Shown piece by piece: positions 32,079-41,200 of a DNA stretch of 64,000 nt; the stretch's first letter is position 1, and every line of letters begins with the position of its first letter. Source of the DNA: Candidatus Omnitrophota bacterium (GTDB taxonomy: Bacteria; Omnitrophota; Omnitrophia; Omnitrophales; Aquincolibacteriaceae); NCBI GenBank assembly GCA_043821445.1, contig JBDRCT010000049.1:3872-67871 (forward strand). Direction: 5' to 3'. The notes beneath the pieces are model-generated. The model searched no databases. It was not told where the DNA came from and worked only from the letters and a program-made list of their open reading frames with translations. The position numbers and the translations under genes were made by a program.

Positions 32079-32345
32079 AGGACCTCCTTGAGCATTGTTC
32101 GTGAGTTGGTCCCTAAGGCACAGGTACTCCATGACCCTCTGCCCCTTAGGCATGTTCAAATAAGTGCCGGGCTATCCAATTACTACGGCAAATTATACTC
32201 ACAAAGACCAATAAGGGCATACTTCTTTTTTGGGCCAGAGGACAGCGGCCAAAGTACAACGAGGGATTTTTTTTGTTGCCTCCTGTCCTGGGATCGTTGA
32301 ACTTTGAGCTTTGCGCCTCGCCCTATTTTAAGATATACTTCGGCT

Positions 32346-32903
32346 ATGGAGAATATTTCGATCACTACTGAGTTTACGCCGAATCCGAACTCGCTTAAGT
32401 TCAATGTGAGCATGCCGATCTGCGCGCATGGAACGGTCCATTTTGCGTCCAAAGCCGAGGCGGGGAAATCCCCCCTGGCCGCCAAGCTTTTTGAGATCGA
32501 ACACGTCAAAGAAGTGATGATCGGATCCGATCTCGTAACGGTGACGCGCGATGAAAAAGCGCAGTCCTGGAGCATTTTAATTCCGCGTGTGACCGAGACG
32601 ATACGTGAATTTCTCGTCTGCGGCAAGACGAACCCCGAGGCTTGCGAGCAATGCGCGGATACCACGAATCCTGGTTCTGCGATCGAAAAAAAGATCGTCG
32701 AGATCATCAATGAACAGATCCGGCCGGCCCTTGCCCGGGATGGCGGAGACGCGGTTTTCTGCGGCTTTGCGAACGGTGTCGTAAAACTCCAATTGAAAGG
32801 CGCCTGTTCCGGGTGCCCGAGTGCGACCATGACCCTCAAGATGGGCATCGAAGCTTACCTCAAAGAACGCATCCCCGAAGTCAAAGAAGTCGTTAGGGTG
32901 TAA
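32346..32903 (+). CDS. NifU/NfuA-like Fe-S cluster carrier
   Basis: TPNPNSLKF N-domain and IRPAL..DGGD...GACSGCP C-domain. Reads on the + strand; the ORF track labels it minus. Confidence 0.92.
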   Translation: MENISITTEFTPNPNSLKFNVSMPICAHGTVHFASKAEAGKSPLAAKLFEIEHVKEVMIGSDLVTVTRDEKAQSWSILIPRVTETIREFLVCGKTNPEACEQCADTTNPGSAIEKKIVEIINEQIRPALARDGGDAVFCGFANGVVKLQLKGACSGCPSATMTLKMGIEAYLKERIPEVKEVVRV

Positions 32904-32907
32904 CTTT

Positions 32908-32972
32908 CAGAAGCAAGAGGCATAGAAGCTAAGAGGCAAAGAAAATCTATGCTTCTTGTTTCTCTGCTTCTT
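32908..32972. repeat. degenerate octamer (AGAAGCAA-like) tandem/inverted repeat
   Basis: agaagcaa-gaggcat-agaagcta-agaggcaa then atgcttct-tgtttct-ctgcttct. Confidence 0.7.
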
Positions 32973-33048
32973 CCGTCGGTTATGTGAATTCAACCTTCCT
33001 TGATTTGGCCGATACTTTAAAGACAAAAAATCCACTTTAGGGGGGAAT

Positions 33049-33225
33049 ATGGCTAAAAAAGTTTTCAGGAAACTTTCTACGAGCAAGGTCACGACGTTCA
33101 AAATCCGTAACCGGCGCGGCTATGCTGCGATCTTCATGAATAATCTTACCGAGGGGAAAACGGTGGGAATTGCCCTGGCGCGTATGGCCAAAGCTGCGAA
33201 GCGGATGGGGTATCTTCTTGCGTAA
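33049..33225 (+). CDS. small basic hypothetical protein (58 aa), absent from the ORF track
   Basis: AGGGGGGA RBS then ATG; MAKKVFRKLSTSKVTTFKIRNRRGYAAIFMNNLTEGKTVGIALARMAKAAKRMGYLLA*. Confidence 0.7.
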   Translation: MAKKVFRKLSTSKVTTFKIRNRRGYAAIFMNNLTEGKTVGIALARMAKAAKRMGYLLA

Positions 33226-33292
33226 GGAGCACGGAGTACGGTGTCTTGCGAGTTCTTCGCCGTATGCCGTACCCCGTACTTGTTTCTAGCTT

Positions 33293-33463
33293 CTAGCGGC
33301 CGCTGGCATCCTTGCGCTTTGCGAAGCAATCCTTGCAATAGACCGGACGGTCTTCTCTCGGCTTGAAAGGAACTTCGCATTCCTTTTTGCATTCACCGCA
33401 GATCGCCTTGTGCATCTCACGCGGCGCGCCTCCGAAACCACGGCCTTCTCCTTGAAACCCCAT
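33293..33463 (-). CDS. CxxC-x17-CxxC zinc-ribbon protein
   Basis: REMHKAICGECKKECEVPFKP..DRPVYCKDC; GGAGGAG RBS. Confidence 0.9.
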   Translation of the reverse strand: MGFQGEGRGFGGAPREMHKAICGECKKECEVPFKPREDRPVYCKDCFAKRKDASGR

Positions 33464-33568
33464 GTTATCTCCTCCTGTTGGCACTGATGTCAGTGCAGTT
33501 GTGGGAAAAAATTCCCGAAAAACCATAACTTTGTTGAAAATCGCAGGAGAGCCTCAAAGGCCTCCGCG

Positions 33569-34048
33569 TTACGACCGGGGACCTTTCCGGTGGCGAAAAA
33601 AAGGCTTGTCGCCGTGACCGAATCCGCGGGGTCCTGCGCCCGGCTTCCGGTCAAAAGGCCTCTCCTGGCCAAAGCTTCTTTCTCTTGGGCGGTCCTGTGA
33701 GAATCCACCTTCGCGTGCCCGGTCCTTTGAAAAACCGCCTTCCCTGGGACGGCCATGCGAAAATCCGCCTTCCCTGGGGCGATCATGAGAAAAACCCTCT
33801 TTCCGTGGACCGCGGTTAAAGTTCCCCTTGCCGTGATGGGCCCCGCCCCCAAAGGAAGGGCGGAAGGGTTTTGAAAACCGCTTCTCCCTGTCCCCGAACG
33901 GTCTTTCCGGTGACTGTCCGATCAAGATATCTATTTTCTTCTCAAGAAAGTTCAGCTGCTGTTGCATCTTTTTGATCAGAGACACAACATCGGCGTCGGT
34001 CTGCAGGGGAACGGAGAGTGCCTCATTTTCTTCTGAATGTTCACTCAT
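33569..34048 (-). CDS. hypothetical protein with coiled coil and 10-aa RG/FS-rich repeats
   Basis: KKMQQQLNFLEKKID then repeated xxRPREGGFS units; AGGAG RBS. Confidence 0.8.
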   Translation of the reverse strand: MSEHSEENEALSVPLQTDADVVSLIKKMQQQLNFLEKKIDILIGQSPERPFGDREKRFSKPFRPSFGGGAHHGKGNFNRGPRKEGFSHDRPREGGFSHGRPREGGFSKDRAREGGFSQDRPRERSFGQERPFDRKPGAGPRGFGHGDKPFFRHRKGPRS

Positions 34049-34117
34049 GTTGCTTGGGCTCCTTTGGGTCCGGGTTTGTACTTTATGAGAGGGACAGGCG
34101 TGTGATCTCTGCAGTTC

Positions 34118-34651
34118 TTAATCTTCTCCGGCAAGCGACAAAGCCGAAAGGACCGAAGGGTTGATCCTCGACGTAGGTCCCAGGTTCTTGAGGACCTTGT
34201 CCGCCGCTTTTTTCAAAGTCGTTTTGAATACGCAAGAAAGTTCTCCCACGAGACCTTTCGCCGAACGTTCGAGCGCCTGACGTTTCCTCTGGTCTTTGGC
34301 TTCGAACTTGTCATAAGCAAAGGTTTGAAGGGCCCGCGCCAAACCCCAAGCCTGATCCTGCAGGTGCGGGGAGGAATCGGTTCCCGGATGGCCTTTGCCG
34401 TTCCCGGCCTTCAAATAGTGGAGGATCTTATTTGCTTCCCTGGGCGAAACAAGGCCGTGAAAACCGGAGATTTCAAGGTCGGTCGCCGAAATGACAAAAC
34501 GGGCTTTCATTTTGGTGGCTACTTTCGGCACCAGTGAGTAAGACAGGTCCCCTCGACTAGGCGGGCTTGGCCGGGTCACCCTTTCTACACGGCAAAGGCC
34601 GTGGATCGGGTGGTAAAGCAGATGGCCGTTCTCGATCTTTTCTTTTTTCAT
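34118..34651 (-). CDS. CarD-family transcriptional regulator
   Basis: LLYHPIHGLCRVE matches the CarD N-terminal VVYP.HG.G.I motif; helical C-domain ending L..ELS. Confidence 0.75.
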   Translation of the reverse strand: MKKEKIENGHLLYHPIHGLCRVERVTRPSPPSRGDLSYSLVPKVATKMKARFVISATDLEISGFHGLVSPREANKILHYLKAGNGKGHPGTDSSPHLQDQAWGLARALQTFAYDKFEAKDQRKRQALERSAKGLVGELSCVFKTTLKKAADKVLKNLGPTSRINPSVLSALSLAGED

Positions 34652-35222
34652 AAGCCTCTTTGTGAAGGTTCTGGGTAGATCATTTTTTCGAGAGGTTTCA
34701 CGCATGACTTCATCCAAGACGGGCTTGTTTCAGTGCTGGCGTCACCTAGGGGATTACCAGGCTCCATTGTGACTGAAGACATTATACACCAGTTTTCCTC
34801 AAAAGGGTTATTTATTCCACGCTCTCTATTTTCTGAAGCAGATGAAAGCGCGTCCCACCCGGCGGGGAGTGCGGAACTGGAAACGGTGAACGAAAAAATG
34901 ATTTTAATGGGTCTGTACTCTCCATTCCCCGTCTTTAAGCGATCAATTCCGTGATCTGTATCGGTGCTCTGATAGCTTTCCTCTATTTGCAAAGCATACC
35001 GTGCTTAAAATTGCTATATCCTGCAACGAATAGGAGGAATATTTCGCGGCATTTTACGGCATTTAATTTTCCACAAAAAAACGAAGAAAAATCATGCCTA
35101 ACCCTTGTAATATCAACATCTGTCAGTTATATTTTTTGTAACTTTTTAAAGACGCGGTATAGAACGATAAAATCTTTTTGGAAATAAGGGGATAGAAGTC
35201 CCTTGATCGAAAGGACCACGGA

Positions 35223-38200
35223 GTGAACCACTCTCGGTTATTTAAAACGCTCATTGCGCTTTTCACCGTTGTCACGTTTTCAACGACAAGCGTGATCTGG
35301 GCTCCGGACAGTTTTGCCGTGGCACAAGCGATCCGTGTTCCGGCTCCTGTTGCTCCCGAAGTTCCCATCCCTTATCAGGCCAAGCTTGATCCCGGCATTC
35401 AATTTTCAATCCCTCAGGAACTTGGGACGCTTCAATATTTCAAGGCCGGCAAAGGCCCGATGGTCGTTCATCTCCAGACCGCGCACGGTCATTATCAAGC
35501 ACAGCAACGGATCAGGGCGCTTCTGCATCATTTGGACAAACAGTATGGTATCAAAACACTCCTCGTAGAAGGCAGCGCGTTCAAGCTCGATCCCTCGATC
35601 CTGAATTTCTTTCCGAAAGATCCCAAGCTCACGCAAAAGGTCAATGACGCGCTCACGAAGCAAGCGCTTGTGAAAGGGCCGGAGCTTTATTTATTGGATG
35701 AGTTAAACGGTAAAACGAGTCCTGCGCCGCAAGCATTCGGCATCGAAAACCTTGAAGCGTACCGCGAAAACGGCCTGTCGTTCATCGATGTCCTGAAAGA
35801 AAAAAAGAAAACGGAGAAATTCCTCGCCTCCATGAACGAAGGGATCGAGCGTCTTTCCGCGGCGTACCTCAATGACGCGCTGAGGAATTATCTGAAGCAG
35901 CTTGAAGGTTTTGAAAAGAACCAGCTCCCGCTTGATGCGTGGCTATCCCTTCTGAAAAAAGAAGCGCTGAAGCGGCTGAAGCTCGATCTGACACAGCCGG
36001 GTTCCCAGCTCGACTGGCCGATGCTCGTTCGCGTTTTTAAGGTGCAGGAGCTTTCTTCAAAATTCGATAAAGATGCGTTCATGAAGGAGCGGACGGAATT
36101 TCTTAAAGTTCTGAAGCGCTTTCTTCCATCATCCTATGCTCAGATCGAGCAACTGCTCGAATCGGAACAGGCCAGCCGGCAATTACCTGCTCCCGAAACA
36201 GGCCTGCTTTTCGAGAACATGGTCAAGGCCCTGCCGCGCGATTTCAATTACGAGGCCTACCCGGACGTTTGTTATTTCGTTGGGCGTCTGCTTCTTCAAA
36301 GCGAATTGAAAGCACCGGAATTGATGCAAGAGGCCGAGAAGCTTTCCTCGAAAGTCGCGGACAAACTTGCCAAGACGCAGGCCGAAAAAAATCTCGTGGC
36401 ACTTCTGAAAGATTACCGGCTGTTGCAGAAGTTGTTCGCGCTAGAGCTCACTCCCGCTGATTATGATCAAATTCTTGGAGCGCGGAAGGCGGATGGTGGA
36501 GGACGATTGAAGCCTTCCAATCTTGTTAAGCAATTGAACGGCGCCATCCTCCATCCTTCATCCGGTATCCAAAGAGTTAAAGACGTTAAATTTACCCACA
36601 TCGCCGAACTTAATCAGTTATTCGACGCGGCCATGAAATTTTACGCCGGAGTGAAAGAGCGCGACGGTTTGATGGAGCAGATGATCGAAAAACGCCTCCG
36701 AGAGACCGGCGCCGGCAAAGTAGCGGTCATTACCGGCGGTTTCCACTCCGAACCATTCAAAAATTATTTTTCGTCGAAGGATTATTCGTACGCTCTTATC
36801 TCGCCGCGGATCACGGAAAGCGATGAAATAGGACATCAGGCGTATGTGGAGAATATGCTGAACTTTGCGCAACATTTACAGCGCAACGCGTCCGCCACAA
36901 TGCGTCGGTCGGATCCGTCCTCCGGCGGACAACGCGCAACGCGCAACGTAAGCAATTCTGCGTTGAGCGCGAGCGAGGCGACAAGAGAACTCGAATTCCT
37001 TTCTGACCCGCAAGTCTTGGTAGGTGATTACGGCATCAACGCCGCCGCCGTGCGCATCGAAGTCCGCAAGATCGTCTCCACCGTCGCCGGAAGGACGGCG
37101 CTGTTACAGACTATAGACCGCAGCCTACAGCCTACAGCAAAAGCTTTGGGTCCTCAGTCCCCGGATTCTGTTCTTCCGTCTGAAAAATCCCGCTCCGAGG
37201 CGAGAGCTGAGAAAAAGCCCGTAACGATTTCACGGAGGTTAATTGTTCTGTGGGGGACCGCAGCGGCAGTGGGCGGTCTATTGGCTATGGCATGCAGGTC
37301 GATTGCTGCACCGAGCGAAGTCAAGCTGGCTGTCAGCATTTCGTCTGCTCCAAACCTCACCCCGGCCGATCTTACCGGGTTTCCCGAAGCACCCAATCTT
37401 TTTACAACGATCTTTAACCCGGGCAGAGCCACGGTGCAGATCCTGGGGGATGATCAGGGACGAGGCATGCACTTTGCTTTTAATACGGGAACCGATGGTT
37501 ATGTGGGTGCAGGACTCGAGTTTTTTTTACCGGGAGTTAAAGATTCGGCAAATTTAAGTTCCTTGAATGAATTGCGTTTTGAGCTTCACGGGAATGTTCC
37601 GGGTGGCAAGGTCAAAATGGATGTCATCGATGCCGATGGCAAGAAGGTTACTGTTTACTTAACCGGTATTTCCACAACGGAAGGAAGAATCTGGCAAATT
37701 CCGGTATCGATCCTTCAGGGCGTTAATATGGTCCGGATCCGCGACATTAATTTTGTGGCGGAAGGACCTCAGAACTTTAGCGGAGAACTCCACGTTAAGT
37801 ACAATAAACCCTCCGCAAGCCGTTCGGAAATGCGCGGGGAGGAACGATTCACGAAAGAACAAATCCAGTCAGCGCTGAAGGATTTTCAACCAACGTGGCT
37901 CGATTATGCGTTTGTCGAGACCGGCGCAAAGCGCAGGATTGACGCCGCCAACTTTCTCGGGGAAACCAAAGACCCTCGCGTTGCTGACGCGTTGATCAAT
38001 GTTTTGAAAAGTGATAAGCATCCCGGTGTTCGAGTCGCGGTCGCCAAAGCTCTCGGCAAAATTACAGATCCCCGTGTTTTTCCGGCACTGAGAGATGTTT
38101 TTGGGAAAGAAAAAAATGACGATGTGTGGTTCACGATCGCGGGAGTCCTTTGGGAGGCAGAAGACCCGTGGATCCACACACGGATGGCCGCTGCTCTCGC

Positions 38201-41200
38201 GGATCATTCCCCCTTTGTCCGGAAAATGGCCGTCCAGTTTTTTGGGGCGAATCATGTAGCCAGTGCCATTTCCATGTTGCGGAATGCTTTAAATGATGAT
38301 TCCGAAGATGTAAGAACAGCTGCCGCGGCGGCTCTCGAATGGATCACGACCACATCGCTAGCAGAGATTTCCCGCTCGGAAATGCGAGAGGTGACAAAAC
38401 CATTGGCCGAGGCGGTTGCCGGGAGGATCCGTTATGCCGCAGCTTTGGGGAAGCCCGGTTCCGGGAAGGGAACCTTACTACAGCGATTTGTTGCGGAACT
38501 GAACCGTCATCTTGACAAAAACCATCCGTACGTGATCTTAAGCACCGGAGATGTTTTTCGGGCGATCGCGGAAAAAGTTGCCGCGAAGAAAGAAGGAAGA
38601 GTCCCGGACCTCCAAAAGGTAGGGATCTTTGAGAGCTTTACCGTCCCGGATTCCGTCATCAGCGCGATGCAGGAAGGGAAAATCATCTCAGATGAGATCA
38701 CGATCGATCTCGTCAATGAAGTTTTACGGCTGGATTTCTTCAAAAAAGCCCGCGGTATTTTCTTTGACGGTTTTCCGCGGTCCGCCGGGCAATTGGCGGC
38801 ATTAGAGCAAGGCAAGATAGGGATCGGGGATAAGCCGCTGGTCATGGATTTTAATTTTATTTTGGACATCGAAGATCAAACCGTGTACAAGCGCGCCGCC
38901 AGCCGTGTTGCCGAAGAAAAACTTGCCGCTGTTCGCGAAAAAAGAGAACCCAAGATCCGCAAGGATGACCTTCCTGAAAGGGTGAAGACGCGGATCGAGG
39001 ATTATGAGTCGGTCACGAGCCCGGCGGTCGAAACGAAGCGCGGTCAACCCGATACCCTCACAATCAATGCCAACGTGAAGCCGATCGACGGCGTTTATGA
39101 AGATTTCCTCCAAGGACTTGACGCGTGGATCGCAATGCACCCCCCTCGCTCGGAAGCGCGGTTCACAGCTGGGGAAGAGGGGATCGTCCGTCGGGCAATG
39201 AAAGATTTGGAGATGGGTTGGTTTGATTCTTTTTTTGAACGCGAGATCGCGACGCCGCGGCGCGTGGCCGCCGTTCAAAGCCTTGATGCGATCAGAGCAT
39301 CTCTGAGGGTTTCCATATTAAGGGATCTTTTGGCGAAAGAGAAAAATGGCGATGTATGGTACGCGATGGCATCCGCTCTTTGGCAAGCAGGGGACCCGTG
39401 GATCCGCCAGCGGACGGTCGCCGCTCTCGGGGAGGACTCCTCCTCTATACGCCAAATGGCCGCCCAACTTCTTGGGGAGAATCATGAAACAAGCGCTTTT
39501 TCCGCGTTGACGGCGGCCTTGAATGATCCTGATGAAAGTGTGCGGGAAGCCGCCTCGGAGGCTCTCGAATGGATCATGACCACATCGCCGGTACTGGCGG
39601 CCCGCTCAGAAGTGAGGGCGAAACTTCAGTCGCCTTTTTTTACATTATCCGGCGAACGAAAGATTGGTGAATCGATCCGCATGGAGAGGATGTGGCCTGA
39701 GATTCATGAAATGAAGATCTTGATCTCACTCCATCGGGGGAAAAACGGGAAATTGCTATTAGATCTATGGACACATACTCCGGTAATTGCCGGGAAGATC
39801 CACACGGATGCGGTCAATTGGGAACTGGACGGTCCCGAGGAGGAGATCCTCGCGGTTTTTCAACGTCTCCGGGAACCCGCGGTACAGCAGCCGTTGCGTG
39901 AAGCCATTGAGCGAGATCTAGAACCAGGTGATTTTTATTCAGAAAATGAAAGGTTTGAAACGAAGCTTACTCCGTGGGTCGAGAAGCTTTTAAATGGGGA
40001 GATCGTTTCCGTCGTTACGGGGCAATCAGATCTCAGTCAGCAGCCTCCAGCAGAAGCTGCCGCGAGAGTTTTAGCCGAAAGCCGCTCCGAGATGAGGCTG
40101 ATGCCGCTGCTGGCGCTTGCGGACGGGAGTGGGCTTGCCGGCGTGATCAGCCAACTGCGTCAAGCCTGGCACGAAAACGCTCTTGTGATCGTTGCGGTCG
40201 GCCTGGGTCTTTGTGAAATAGGTTATTGGGCCTATAGAACGTGGCAGTTAAGGAAAAAGCTTAGCCACTTTCCCAATGCCGTGAAAAGAGTGAAGGATGC
40301 GGTTAGGAGGTTTGCTGAAAAGACAGAAGAGGACGAACGGCGTTCGTCTGCGAATGATCTCGAATCCATTTATGTCGACGGATTTTTGACGCGTATTCTA
40401 TGGCGCAATATTCCGGATTCAAAACTTTTACAGATCGAACAAGAAATCAAAGAAGGTCGGGATCCGGTCCTTCAATTAGTGCCTGACGGGAATGAAGTTC
40501 TAATGGAATGGACGAGACAAGTTCTTGAACTCCGCTCTTCGGCCTATTTTCCGAGTGGCGGCGAGGATCAATACGTCTCATCAGAACCCCAGGGATGGTA
40601 CGGGTCGATTGAAGTCACCGCCGGCGAGCAGTCCCGCTCGGAAGCAAGAGGAACGCCGAAAGGAGGCGATTGGGAAGCCGCGGCGCGGGCCAGGGTATCA
40701 GAAATACAACGAAAAGAGCAAGAGGAGGAGGCCCGGGCGTTGGCTAAGATGGAAGGAGAGCGAGAGGCGATTCGGAGCATGACAACGCCACAGCTTCTTG
40801 CGCTGAAGGAAAGAGAAGTCATGGCGTTCAGCGCGGCACAGATCCAGGCGTTGACGCCTGCGCAGCTTCGTGTGCTGGAAGGGACAGATCAGGAGAAGTG
40901 GCTGAATGCCCGAGCTAATGAATTGCTGGCACAGCAAGCAAAGATTATGAAAAAGTCCCGCTCGGAAGTGAGGGTTTTTGGAAATGATAGGTTCATACCG
41001 CTCATGCGGGCAACGGTACTGTCACTCGCGATAGCAGGCCTCTCGGGATGCGCTCCAGTAATTGCAGGAATTAAAACTATGCCTTTACCTCAAGGCGAGG
41101 AATTGGGTATTCCGTCGCCCCTAACCATTGAAGAATTTCAGGAAGCAATAAACAATATGTTTGATCCCGATTCACCCACTCCACCGGATCTCAGTCTGGC

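Noticed and set aside
32304-32903. ORF track lists the NifU-like ORF on the minus strand
   Set aside because: The given translation reads directly on the + strand (TTG AGC TTT GCG at 32304, ATG at 32346, TAA at 32901), so I annotated it as +.
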